From Candidatus Poriferisocius sp. (GTDB taxonomy: Bacteria > Actinomycetota > Acidimicrobiia > Acidimicrobiales > Bin134), in NCBI RefSeq assembly GCF_965208355.1, contig NZ_CBDBOM010000003.1, positions 3,262,058-3,326,057 of the forward strand: a stretch of DNA of 64,000 nt. The letters are read 5' to 3'. A program made the translations under genes and the position numbers. Below, in pieces: positions 54,592-64,000 of the stretch. The notes beneath the pieces are model-generated. The model was given only the letters and a program-made list of their open reading frames with translations. It was not told the origin of the DNA and did no database searches. Positions within the stretch are counted from its first letter, which is position 1, and every line of letters starts with the position of its first letter.

Positions 54592-55959
54592 TTATCGAGT
54601 GGATTCTTGCAACAGCCGGGCCAACTCCGACCGGTCGGGCTTTCCCGAGGGCATGGTGGGCATGTCGTGGATCGGGATCAGCCGTTCCGGGGTCATGAAG
54701 CGGGCGGCCCCGGACTCGGCGAACCAGCGGAGGCATTCATCCAGGTCGAAGGAACCGTCGACCACCACGAAGGCGGCCACCCGCTCGCCGAGGCGATCGT
54801 CGGGCTCCCCCAGCGCCACCGCCTGGCTCACCGCGGGATGGGATTCGAGGATGGCCTCCACCTCGATGGCATCGATGTTCTCCCCTCCCCGGATGATCTT
54901 GTGGCCCAGTCGTCCAATCACGGTGAGCCAGCCTTCTTCATCGATGTGGCCTAGGTCGCCGGTGCGGAACCAGCCGTCTTCGGTAAAGGCGGCCGCGGTG
55001 TGGGCGGGATCGAGATAGCCAACGGTCACCTCGGGGCCGTGGACCTGGATCTCGCCGTGCTCGTCGACCCTGATCTGGGTGGGTGAGAACGGGCGGCCGT
55101 CGGTGTTGGCCATGTACTCGGGATCGTCGTCGTTGGTGCAGGTGGTGATGGTGGGGGCCTCGGTGGAGCCGTAGGCCCGCTTGACAATGCAACCGAAGGC
55201 ATCTCGGGCCCGGTGCACGAACGCGGGGGTCACGCTGGAACCGCCGATGGAGAGGAAGCGGATGGAGGCGGTCCGGCTGGGGCTGAAGTCGGGGTGGCCC
55301 ATGAGGTCGTTGAAGAAGGTGGGCGGGCCGATCATGTAGGTGGCCTGCTCTTGTTCGATGAGCCGCAGGGCTTCGCCGGGATCCCAGCGGGCCATGAGCA
55401 CGGTTTTCATGGGGATCGCGCCGGGGATGAGCACTCCGTGCAGGAGGCCGGCCACATGGGCCAGGGAGGCGGGAAACAGCACGGTGTCGTCAGCAGTGAG
55501 GCCGCTGATGTGGATGTACTGGCGCACCTTGTAGCAGATGGTCGCCTGGGTGTGGACCACTCCTTTGGGCACGCCTGACGATCCGGAGGTGAACATGATA
55601 AGGGCCCGGTCGTCAGGGTTGACCTGGACCAGCGGGCGGCGGGACGCATCGCCCGAGGGGTGAATGGAAGCGGGGTCGAATAGACGGTCGATGCCCAAGA
55701 GGCTGAAGGCATGCTCCTTTTGGCGGCCCCCGTCGGCGTGGAGCAGCGGGACCGGCACCGCTCCGGCCTGCCAACAGGCCCGATAGGCCACCACCCCCTC
55801 TAGGCCGGTGGGCAGCTGGAAGGCGGTGGGCTGGCCTGGTTCCAGAGTGGCGGCGGCCTCGGCCGACCAGGCGACCACTTCCTCGGTAGAAAGGCGTCGA
55901 TCGCCGGCCACGATGAAGTCGTCCCGCGGGGGTACGACGGTGAGCAGCTCGTGGATCAT
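54592..55959 (-). CDS. AMP-binding acyl-CoA synthetase
   Basis: FTSGSSGVPKG, YGSTE, TGDLG, IRGGENI, SGK. Confidence 0.9.
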   Translation of the reverse strand: MIHELLTVVPPRDDFIVAGDRRLSTEEVVAWSAEAAATLEPGQPTAFQLPTGLEGVVAYRACWQAGAVPVPLLHADGGRQKEHAFSLLGIDRLFDPASIHPSGDASRRPLVQVNPDDRALIMFTSGSSGVPKGVVHTQATICYKVRQYIHISGLTADDTVLFPASLAHVAGLLHGVLIPGAIPMKTVLMARWDPGEALRLIEQEQATYMIGPPTFFNDLMGHPDFSPSRTASIRFLSIGGSSVTPAFVHRARDAFGCIVKRAYGSTEAPTITTCTNDDDPEYMANTDGRPFSPTQIRVDEHGEIQVHGPEVTVGYLDPAHTAAAFTEDGWFRTGDLGHIDEEGWLTVIGRLGHKIIRGGENIDAIEVEAILESHPAVSQAVALGEPDDRLGERVAAFVVVDGSFDLDECLRWFAESGAARFMTPERLIPIHDMPTMPSGKPDRSELARLLQESTR

Positions 55960-55963
55960 CGCC

Positions 55964-57619
55964 TCAGTGGTCGGCGAAGCGCTCGCTGAGAAGCCGCTTC
56001 ACACCCATCAGGTCGATCTTGCCCGAATCGAGCCAAGGCAGCTCGTCGGGGGTGTTGAACACGGCGACGTGGCGGGGAACTTTGTAGGACGCCACCCGAT
56101 CGGCGGTGTAAGCCCTGAGCTCTTCTGCGGTGAGCGGCTGTTCCGGCCGCACGACCACCGCGGCAGCCACGTCTTCGAGCCGGTCGGGATGGGGAACACC
56201 GCACACAAAGGCGTTCAAGACCTCGTCGAGTTCCTCCAGCACCAGCTCGATTTCTCGGGGAGCGATGTTCATGCCCGACGACTTGATGAGATCGCCCATA
56301 CGGCCGGTGAAGTAGAAGTGGCCGTCGTCGTCGAAGTAGCCGCTGTCGCCGGTGCGGTACCAGCCATCGGGGGTGAAGGCATCGGCTCGCTCCACCTTGT
56401 ATAGGCCGACCATCAGGGAATAGCCCCGCATCCACACCTCGCCCCGCTGGCCAGTGGGGCATTCGAGGCCGGTCACCGGATCGACGATCTTGTGCTCGAC
56501 CCCGGGCACCGACCATCCGAAGGATCCCCGCTTCTCTTCGGGCAATTCGTCTCCCATCACGCCCAGAGTGTGGGGTCCGAGCGTCTCGGTCATGCCCAGT
56601 GAGTTGACCCGCAGCTCGGGATCCTCGATCTGCTCTTCGGGAGGCAGGAGGGCATAGAGGCTGCCGCCGCGGACCGACGACAAGTCGCGTTTGGCAAAGT
56701 CGGGGTGCTCGGTGAGCAGCTTGGCCATGTGGGGCCAACCTGAGACCGTGGTTACCCTCTCCCGCTCGATGAGAGCCAGAGTTTCTCCAGGCTCGAACCG
56801 CTCCTCGAACACCATGCAGGCACCGGCATGGATTACCGCCACCAGCATGAACGACATGCCCCCCACCCAGAAGAGGGGCATGGGCGTGTAAATGCGGTCG
56901 TCGGCCACCAGATCCCGGAACGGCCACAGGTTGTAGGCGTGGCGAACGACCGCACCCTGGGTATGGACCGCTCCCTTGGGCGCGGCCGTGCTTCCCGAGG
57001 TGTAGATCATGGCGAACTCGTCGGCGGGGACCACCTCGGCCTCCGCCGCAGCCAGCAGATCGTCGCTGACGGCCTCTCCTGCCGCTCGCAGGTCGTCGAT
57101 CGAACCGGCCCAAGGCCGGTCGGACCGCCCCCAGACCCACACCGAGCGCAGGAACGGGTGCGACGGGGCTTGGATCACCGGGTCATCACCGGGGGCGGCG
57201 ATCTCCTCGAGGCGGGCCAGGTAGTCGTGGTTGAGATGGCGGGAAACGCTGAGCAGTACCTGGACGTCGGCGTGGCGCAGTACCCAGTCGAGTTCTCGTG
57301 GCTTGTAATAGGTATTAAGCAGAACCCCGAGGGCGCCTATGCGTCCAATGGCCAGCCAGGCCGCGATCCAGTTGGGGCTGTTGGGAGCAAGCAGTCCCAC
57401 CCGGGTGCCCTTGCCGACTCCGATAGCCAGCAGACCCTTGGCTATCGCCGCGGAGGCGGTGTCGGCGTCGGCGTAGGTCATCCGCTGGTCGTCGAGCACG
57501 GCGAACTCCCGTTGCCCGAAGGCGTCGGTGAACGCCCGGATCATCTGGGGGATGGTCGGCTCGTATGGGGGGAAGTCGACCGGTTGGGTGCCGGGGCCTG
57601 GCTTGGCGGTGTTTGGCAT
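55964..57619 (-). CDS. AMP-binding acyl-CoA synthetase
   Basis: YTSGSTAAPKG, LGMTE, TGD, SGKID. Confidence 0.9.
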   Translation of the reverse strand: MPNTAKPGPGTQPVDFPPYEPTIPQMIRAFTDAFGQREFAVLDDQRMTYADADTASAAIAKGLLAIGVGKGTRVGLLAPNSPNWIAAWLAIGRIGALGVLLNTYYKPRELDWVLRHADVQVLLSVSRHLNHDYLARLEEIAAPGDDPVIQAPSHPFLRSVWVWGRSDRPWAGSIDDLRAAGEAVSDDLLAAAEAEVVPADEFAMIYTSGSTAAPKGAVHTQGAVVRHAYNLWPFRDLVADDRIYTPMPLFWVGGMSFMLVAVIHAGACMVFEERFEPGETLALIERERVTTVSGWPHMAKLLTEHPDFAKRDLSSVRGGSLYALLPPEEQIEDPELRVNSLGMTETLGPHTLGVMGDELPEEKRGSFGWSVPGVEHKIVDPVTGLECPTGQRGEVWMRGYSLMVGLYKVERADAFTPDGWYRTGDSGYFDDDGHFYFTGRMGDLIKSSGMNIAPREIELVLEELDEVLNAFVCGVPHPDRLEDVAAAVVVRPEQPLTAEELRAYTADRVASYKVPRHVAVFNTPDELPWLDSGKIDLMGVKRLLSERFADH

Positions 57620-58549
57620 CTACGAGGCTCGCGAAGGAGCGATGACCGTTTCGCCGTAGCGGCGCATGGTGTCGAGGGTGGCTTCGATGTCGTCGCCGGG
57701 GAGGTTGACGGTGATCCACGTCACCCCCAGCGCTTCCAGATCGGCCAGCCCGGCAATGTGGGCGTCGGCATCGAAGTCGGCGTCGGCCGGTCGGCCGCCG
57801 ACGTGGTTCAGATAGCTGATGTCGATGTCGGCCGGATCGCGGCCGGCCTCGTCCACGTAGGTCCACAGCTCGTCGAGCAGGGCCGCCAAGTCGTCCAGGG
57901 TCTCCAGCGGCGGGGTCCTGGCGGTGGTGGCCAACACTCGGGGGGCGGGAAACGGGGTCCACCCGTTGGCCACGGTGGCCACCCGGCGGCGGGCTCGCTT
58001 GGAATTGCCGCCGATCCAGATGGGGGGATGGGGTTTCTGGACCGGCTTGGGGTTGGCGGTTTGGCCCAGGGCGGTGAAATTGCTGCCCTCGTAGGCGAAA
58101 TCGTCGGTGGTCCAGATGCCGATCATTGCTTCGAGGGCCTCGTCGAAGATCTGGTTGCGGTTGTTGAAGTCCACGCCGAGGGCCTTGAACTCGCCCTTGA
58201 GGTAGCCGGAGCCGGTGGCGAAGATGAACCGACCGCCGGAGAAGGCGTCGATGGTGGCGATGGCCTTGGCCATGATGAACGGGTTCCGATAGGGCACCAC
58301 CACAATGTTGGGTATGAGCTTGATGCGGTCGGTGATGGCGGCGCAGAAGGCCAGGGCGGCGAACGGATCCACCGCGTCGTGGCCGCCGGCATTGAGCCAG
58401 CGGTCAGTGGGAGCGGGATGATCGGTGAAGCCCAGTCCGTCGAATCCGGACTCCTCGGCGGTGCGGGCGAAATCCACCACGCCCTGCTTGGTGATCAGCT
58501 TCTGGTCCCACGGGTGGGCCACCATCGGAAACGTCACTGCGAACTTCAT
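57620..58549 (-). CDS. LLM-class F420-dependent oxidoreductase
   Basis: AEESGFD..TDH, DPF, PYRNP, PPIWIGG. Confidence 0.88.
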   Translation of the reverse strand: MKFAVTFPMVAHPWDQKLITKQGVVDFARTAEESGFDGLGFTDHPAPTDRWLNAGGHDAVDPFAALAFCAAITDRIKLIPNIVVVPYRNPFIMAKAIATIDAFSGGRFIFATGSGYLKGEFKALGVDFNNRNQIFDEALEAMIGIWTTDDFAYEGSNFTALGQTANPKPVQKPHPPIWIGGNSKRARRRVATVANGWTPFPAPRVLATTARTPPLETLDDLAALLDELWTYVDEAGRDPADIDISYLNHVGGRPADADFDADAHIAGLADLEALGVTWITVNLPGDDIEATLDTMRRYGETVIAPSRAS

Positions 58550-58572
58550 GGATCTCCTCTTTTGTGCGCGCT

Positions 58573-59886
58573 CTACTGTGCAGCCTCGCTCTCCTGATCG
58601 CAAGCGGCACGCCATTGGGGATAACGGCGGTCGCAGGCTTCGGCCCATTCGGATCGGGGCTCGACCCGATGGCCGGTGCGGGCCCAGCGACGGGCGTCGG
58701 CCAGGTCGCTGGCTTCCAACCCAGCGGTGACCCGGGCCATCCATGCCGCTCCCCTCGCTGCCCCTTCGGGTACGGCGGTGACGTCTACCGGCAAGCTGGT
58801 GGCGTCGGCTAGGGCTTGCATCCAGCGTTCAACGTGGGTTCCTCCGCCGACGGCCACGATGCGCTCGGGAGTTGCGCTGGCCACCTCCAGATGGTGGCGG
58901 ACGACGAATCCGGCGGCCTCGTAGGCCGCGGCCAGCACATCGGAGGGGCCGTGGCCGACGTCGAGGCCGACTAGCGCAGCCCGCAGATTGGGGTCGTGGA
59001 GGGGGGTGCGCTCGCCCCGGATATAGGGCACCCACAGCGGCAGGCGGTCAGGGTGGGACGGCTCGGCGACCGGGTCGCCGGTGAGGGTTCGGATCCGCTC
59101 CAGGAATAGGCCGCCAGCGTTGCTCGGCCCGCCGATGGCGGACAGGCCGGGTTGGAGATGGGGGATGGTCCAAAGCCCCTTGGCTTCGGGCCACCCCTCG
59201 CACACCGCCCAAGTAATGAGGGTGGTGCCGCAGATCACCAGCACGTCACCGGGAGAGTCGGCTCCGGCAACGAGTTGCTCGGCCAGCGCATCCACCGTGC
59301 CCGCAGCAACTGGGATATCTTCCCGGTGCCCGACGGGGGCGGAGTCCATGGCCAGTTGGGGAAGTTTCGCGGGATCGCACCATTGGGCGTCCCAGCCGTC
59401 GGCACCGAAGACGGGCAGGCAGGTCATAGCGGTGATCGCGTCGATGGCGGCGACGCCGCAGAGGGCCTGGCTGGCCACCCCCTGGGCGGGCCAGTAGGCG
59501 TGGGCGTCGGGCACGGCCTGCTCCAATGACCGCAGGAACCCGACAAACTCGCCGTCGGGATGATGGCCCCGGTGGTCGCCGTACAGGATGCCCGGTGAGA
59601 TCGCTTTCCCGTCGACGTCGACCGCAGCTAGCGACGGGACCATGGCGGCCAGGCCGATGCCCGCCACTCGGTTCCCGGCCGAAACGGCGTCGCAGGCCTC
59701 GACCACACTGGTGCCCCACACCGCGGTGGCATCGTGTTCGAGCACCGCGGGAGAGGGGGCATTCACAGCGTGAGGGATGCGGGTGCGGGCGCGCACACCG
59801 CCGTCGGCGTCCACGGCTACCGCCTTCACCGAAGTGGTGCCGATGTCGATGCCCACCGTCACCTGGACTGCCTCATCCACAGCCAT
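58573..59886 (-). CDS. FGGY-family carbohydrate kinase
   Basis: GIDIGTTSVK, PYIRGERTP, VGGG. Confidence 0.88.
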   Translation of the reverse strand: MAVDEAVQVTVGIDIGTTSVKAVAVDADGGVRARTRIPHAVNAPSPAVLEHDATAVWGTSVVEACDAVSAGNRVAGIGLAAMVPSLAAVDVDGKAISPGILYGDHRGHHPDGEFVGFLRSLEQAVPDAHAYWPAQGVASQALCGVAAIDAITAMTCLPVFGADGWDAQWCDPAKLPQLAMDSAPVGHREDIPVAAGTVDALAEQLVAGADSPGDVLVICGTTLITWAVCEGWPEAKGLWTIPHLQPGLSAIGGPSNAGGLFLERIRTLTGDPVAEPSHPDRLPLWVPYIRGERTPLHDPNLRAALVGLDVGHGPSDVLAAAYEAAGFVVRHHLEVASATPERIVAVGGGTHVERWMQALADATSLPVDVTAVPEGAARGAAWMARVTAGLEASDLADARRWARTGHRVEPRSEWAEACDRRYPQWRAACDQESEAAQ

Positions 59887-59904
59887 CAACCCTACGCTTG
59901 TGGC

Positions 59905-60876
59905 GTGAGCAAACCGAGAGCGCTGGTCACTGCCCCGCTGAGGGGACCGGGCTTGGACCGGCTGCGGGATGCGGCCGACGTGGTATTCGATCCTTGGATC
60001 GAATACCAGCCCATCCGGCTGTACAGCGCCGACGACTTGGCCGCCCGATTGGCGGAGGTGTCAGCCGATCTTCTGGTGTCCGAGGCCGACGAGTGTCGGG
60101 GACCAGTGTTCGAGCAGCCGCTGCGGGTGGTGGCCTCCACCCGGGGTGACCCCACCAACGTGGATGTGGACGAGGCCACCGCGGCGGGCATACCGGTGCT
60201 GCACGCCCCAGGGCGCAACGCCGACGGGGTGGCCGAGATGGCGGTGGCGCTGATGCTTGCTGTCAACCGCCATCTGATTATGGGCGACCGGGACATGCGG
60301 GCGGGCACGGTGTTTGCCGAGACCATCCCCTACCAGCGTTATCGGGCCTGGCAGGTGGCGGGCCGCACAGTGGGGTTGGTGGGGCTGGGCGCGGTCGGAC
60401 GAGCGGCCAAATGGCGCTTCGAGGGCTTGGGGATGAAGGTGATCGCCTACGACCCCTATCAGCCCGACGCCGACTCCGACCTGGACGAGCTGCTGGCGAC
60501 CGCCGACGTGGTGTCGATGCATGCTCCAGCCATACCGGAGACAGCGGGGATGATCGGCGCTGAGCAGTTCGCGGCCATGCGGCCGGGAACCATTTACCTG
60601 AACACCGCCCGGGCTGCACTGCACGACACCGACGCTTTGGTCGAGGCCTTGGCCTCGGGACATTTGGGGGGCGCGGGCCTCGACCATGTGCAGGGGGAGA
60701 TCCTCCCGCCCGACCATCCGCTGACCAAGCTCGACAACGTGGTGCTGACGCCGCACATCGGCGGCGCAACCTACGACACCGAGGTCAACCAGACTGACAT
60801 GGTGGTGGAGGACATCTGCCGGCTGCTGGCCGGCGAGCGCCCCCACCGCCTGGCCAACCCGGAGGTATGGCGATGA
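59905..60876 (+). CDS. D-2-hydroxyacid dehydrogenase family
   Basis: PGRNA, GLGAVG, NTAR, TPHIGGA. Confidence 0.88.
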   Translation: MSKPRALVTAPLRGPGLDRLRDAADVVFDPWIEYQPIRLYSADDLAARLAEVSADLLVSEADECRGPVFEQPLRVVASTRGDPTNVDVDEATAAGIPVLHAPGRNADGVAEMAVALMLAVNRHLIMGDRDMRAGTVFAETIPYQRYRAWQVAGRTVGLVGLGAVGRAAKWRFEGLGMKVIAYDPYQPDADSDLDELLATADVVSMHAPAIPETAGMIGAEQFAAMRPGTIYLNTARAALHDTDALVEALASGHLGGAGLDHVQGEILPPDHPLTKLDNVVLTPHIGGATYDTEVNQTDMVVEDICRLLAGERPHRLANPEVWR

Positions 60877-61532
60877 CCGACAACGCCGACATTCGAGCCC
60901 AAGTGGTGGCGGCAGCTCAGGCCATGGACAACGCGGGGCTGGTGGTGGGCACCGCGGGAAACGTGTCGGGACGGGCCGACGACGGCATGATCTGGCTGAC
61001 GCCGTCGTCGCTGCCCTACGACCAGGTGAGCATCGACAACCTGGCCGCGGTGGACCTGGACGGGAACCTGTTGGAGGGCACGTCGCGGCCGTCCACCGAG
61101 AAGGCCATGCACCTGGCCTGCTATCGGGCCTTCCCCGAGGTAGGCGGGGTGGTGCACTGCCACCCGATTCACGCCTCGATGTTCGCGGTGGCCCACCAGA
61201 GCATCCCTGCGGTGATCGAGGAGGTCATCGTGTATCTGGGCGGAGATGTGGCGGTGACCGACTATCGGACCACCGGCTCCGAGGAGTTAGGCGAAGAGGT
61301 GGTGCGCCACCTGGCCGACCGCTCAGCGGTGCTGATGGCCAACCACGGGATGCTGTGCATCGGCGAGTCGCCCGACCACGCCCTGCACGCCGCCCTGGTG
61401 GCCGAGCACACCGCCCGCATCGTGTGGGGCGCCAGCCGCCTCGGTGACGTCGTGGACTTGCCCGACAAAGCCCGCTCCGACTTCGAAGGCGTCTACACCT
61501 ACCTCCGCAGCGAAACCTGGTCGGCCTCGTAG
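60873..61532 (+). CDS. Class II aldolase/adducin family (fuculose-phosphate aldolase-like)
   Basis: GTAGNVS, PSTE..MH, VHCH, ANHG. Confidence 0.88.
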   Translation: MTDNADIRAQVVAAAQAMDNAGLVVGTAGNVSGRADDGMIWLTPSSLPYDQVSIDNLAAVDLDGNLLEGTSRPSTEKAMHLACYRAFPEVGGVVHCHPIHASMFAVAHQSIPAVIEEVIVYLGGDVAVTDYRTTGSEELGEEVVRHLADRSAVLMANHGMLCIGESPDHALHAALVAEHTARIVWGASRLGDVVDLPDKARSDFEGVYTYLRSETWSAS

Positions 61533-61535
61533 CGC

Positions 61536-62105
61536 TCAGACGGCGGCGAGCTCCAGGGGGACGATTTCTTCGAGGCTGATGGGCCGGTCGGCGACGCCTT
61601 CGAAGGCGTCGTTGGCCGAGTAGACCTCTTCACCCCGGAGGCGGGCCTCGGGATCGTCGAGGTCGACCGGCCACACGATGCCCATGCGGGACTGGGCGAG
61701 GTAGTACGAGTCCACGTCGGGAACGCTTATGCCCATGGCCTGAAGCGTGCGGCCGGGGTAGGCCATGCTCATCATCCCTTCGGTGAACACGGCGTCATCA
61801 TCGACGATGACCCGGTCGCAGTCGAACTCCAGGCGGTGGGCGCCGGTCTGCACGATGCTGCGGTCATAGAAGCCTCGAATGGCGTCGCGGTCACCGCCAG
61901 GGCTGGCGATGGGATCATCGGGGTTCGACCAGATGATGTACTGGGGCTTTTCGCTGAGGGTGGCCACCACGCCCTCGATGTCGGCCTGGGCCTCGCACTT
62001 CATGTGATCCAGCACCAGCCCCAGAACATGGCGCCGACGAGGGTCGGTCTCGGCCTCCAGCCGCTCTTCCACCAACCGCCACGTCTTGTTGGGATTCATC
62101 TTCAT
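61536..62105 (-). CDS. SnoaL/NTF2-like protein
   Basis: HMxxE..D.EGV..TL, GEEVY; tandem paralog of the next gene. Confidence 0.7.
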   Translation of the reverse strand: MKMNPNKTWRLVEERLEAETDPRRRHVLGLVLDHMKCEAQADIEGVVATLSEKPQYIIWSNPDDPIASPGGDRDAIRGFYDRSIVQTGAHRLEFDCDRVIVDDDAVFTEGMMSMAYPGRTLQAMGISVPDVDSYYLAQSRMGIVWPVDLDDPEARLRGEEVYSANDAFEGVADRPISLEEIVPLELAAV

Positions 62106-62159
62106 CGGTCTCGCCTTTCACTTTGGCTTCGACGTAGAGGCTAACGGTCAAGCCTCGGC

Positions 62160-62717
62160 CTACTCCAAGGGAGCGATCTCGTCGAGGCTGATGGGCCGGT
62201 CGGCGATGCCCTCGAAGCGATCGCCCTCGGCGTAAACCTCTTCGCCCGACAGCCGGGCCTCGGGGTCGTCAGGGTCGATGGGCCACACGATGCCCATGCG
62301 GACTTGGGACAGGTAGTAGGACTCGGCGTCGGGCACGGCGATGCCCATGGCCTCAAGCGTGCGACCGGGGTAGGCCATGCGCATGACCCCTTCGGTGAAC
62401 ACGGCGTGGTCGTCGACGATTACCCGGTCGAGTTCCAGCTCCCAGCGGTGGGCACCGGTCTGCACCAGGGCACGGTCGTAGAGGTCGCGGATGGCGTCTC
62501 TGGAGCCGCCGGGGCTGGCCACAGGATCGTCGGCGTGGGGCCAGATCTTGTATTGGGGCTTGTCGCTGAGGGTCTCGATAACCCCTTCGATGTCGAGGCG
62601 GAGCTCCCGCTTCATATGGTCAAGCACCAGTTCGAGAACATGGCGCCGCCGGAGATCGGTTTCGACTTCCAGCCGCTCGGCCACTAGCCGCCACGAGTTG
62701 TCGGGATTGATCTTCAT
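62160..62717 (-). CDS. SnoaL/NTF2-like protein, tandem paralog
   Basis: Collinear and highly similar to 61536-62105. Confidence 0.7.
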   Translation of the reverse strand: MKINPDNSWRLVAERLEVETDLRRRHVLELVLDHMKRELRLDIEGVIETLSDKPQYKIWPHADDPVASPGGSRDAIRDLYDRALVQTGAHRWELELDRVIVDDHAVFTEGVMRMAYPGRTLEAMGIAVPDAESYYLSQVRMGIVWPIDPDDPEARLSGEEVYAEGDRFEGIADRPISLDEIAPLE

Positions 62718-62797
62718 CGGGACCGTCCTTGCTCGAGTCCTGACGATAGGGGTTGGGCAACGGCTCCGACACTGCCGACCATTAGTGTGCCTAGCCG

Positions 62798-63946
62798 ATG
62801 AGCGATCGGAAGTTTGCCGGGAAGACGGCCATCGTCGGCATCGGCAGCAGCGACTTTGCGCGGTTGTATCGCACGACCGATCCGGAGCGGACCGGAGAGG
62901 CGCTGGCCACCAAGGCCATCGCCGCGGCTATCGCTGACGCCGGGTTGGAGAAGTCGCAGATCGACGGGCTCATCACCGGGGGGCTGCCCCACTATGAACC
63001 GGTGGCCTACCGCACCGGGCTCACCGATGTGCGCTTTGTGGTGGACTACCCGATAGCCGGTCGCATGTGCGCCACAGCGCTGATGCACGCCGCCACCGCC
63101 GTACACCACGGATTGGCGGACTACGTGGTGCTGTTCAACTCGGTGGCGTTCCGCTCTCAGGGCGTCAAGTTCGGGGCCCAGGGCCAAGGGCTGCTGTACG
63201 ACACCATCTACGGGATGGCCTCGCCGGGGGCGCAGTACTCGCTGGCCTTCACCCGCTACCAGGCGGAATACGGCGGCACTGAGGAGCAGCTGGGGGCCAT
63301 ACCGGTGGCCATCCGCTCCCATGCTCGGATGACTCCAGGGGCCATCATGCAGGCCGAGATGACCATCGACGACTACCTGGCAGCCCGGTACATCGCCCAG
63401 CCATTGCGCCTGTTCGACTACTGCCTGATCAACGACGGGGCGGTGGCCTATGTGGTGACCACCGCGGAGCGGGCTAGGGATCTGGCTCATCCCCCGGTGC
63501 TGATCGCCGGTACCGCAGGCCGGGCCAACTTCCGGGAGTGGTACGTGGACCTGGGGTTCTGGGACGAGGCCTGCCGATCGATGAAGGCCGACCTGTTCGA
63601 CCCGCTGGGGGTGACCACTGACGACATCGACTGCCTCCAGGTGTACGACAACTTCAGCGTGTCGGTGCTGTGGGGGCTGGAGGGATTCGGCTTCGCCCCT
63701 CGGGGCGAAGGGTTGGAGTGGGTGCAGAACGGCCGCATCGCGTTGGGCGGGGAGCTGCCGGTGAACACCAGCGGGGGGATGCTGAGCGAGTCGTACCTCC
63801 AAGGGTGGAACCAGCACGCCGAGGCGGTGCGCCAACTGCGGGGCCAGGCCGGCGAGCGTCAGGTTCCCGACTGCGACTGGTCGCTGTACTGGTGCCTGTC
63901 GGCCTTGCCGGGGGCGTCGCTGTTGTGCCGGGACGGGCTGCTGTGA
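62798..63946 (+). CDS. Thiolase-like lipid-transfer protein (Ltp2/SCPx-type)
   Basis: AIVGIG, PLRLFDYC..DGA, YDNF, NTSGG.LSE, AGERQV. Confidence 0.85.
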   Translation: MSDRKFAGKTAIVGIGSSDFARLYRTTDPERTGEALATKAIAAAIADAGLEKSQIDGLITGGLPHYEPVAYRTGLTDVRFVVDYPIAGRMCATALMHAATAVHHGLADYVVLFNSVAFRSQGVKFGAQGQGLLYDTIYGMASPGAQYSLAFTRYQAEYGGTEEQLGAIPVAIRSHARMTPGAIMQAEMTIDDYLAARYIAQPLRLFDYCLINDGAVAYVVTTAERARDLAHPPVLIAGTAGRANFREWYVDLGFWDEACRSMKADLFDPLGVTTDDIDCLQVYDNFSVSVLWGLEGFGFAPRGEGLEWVQNGRIALGGELPVNTSGGMLSESYLQGWNQHAEAVRQLRGQAGERQVPDCDWSLYWCLSALPGASLLCRDGLL

Positions 63947-64000
63947 GCGACGGGGGCGGCTACACCAAGCCGTTGCCGACAGTGACCCACGAGGATCGGG
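63943..64000 (+). CDS. Probable Zn-ribbon/OB-fold (DUF35) partner protein; 3' partial
   Basis: GTGA overlap; starts ..KPLPTVT.., typical of DUF35 N-termini next to Ltp thiolases; only 19 codons visible. Confidence 0.45.
   Translation, partial: MSDGGGYTKPLPTVTHEDR

Overview
High-GC bacterial DNA. The gene content (F420/LLM oxidoreductase, several P450s, an Ltp-type thiolase, LIV-type ABC transporters with lipoprotein binding proteins) suggests an actinomycete, probably Acidimicrobiia; this is inference. The first ~16 kb is a surface-protein locus with four paralogous secreted PKD/Ig-like repeat proteins that share a duplicated Cys-rich, DxxGDG-containing C-terminal module. Two of them (5350-8511 + and 10338-13517 -) are inverted, converging near-copies bounded by a 142-bp inverted repeat whose outer 47 bp are perfect. 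Only the right-hand copy has a promoter-like sequence, leader and start codon. The left-hand copy is headless and starts 54 bp after a lone, intact P4-type tyrosine recombinase. This looks like an ~8.1-kb invertible cassette switch for phase or antigenic variation of an S-layer-like protein, with a catalytically dead CHAP protein in the middle. The rest is an Lhr helicase, two LIV-type ABC operons and a long lipid/steroid-type catabolic region that includes an ERG6/SMT-like sterol C24-methyltransferase. A second unexplained pattern is that four operon junctions carry a duplicated stop/start overlap at a 38-41-bp period, each creating a 13-15-codon bridging mini-ORF.
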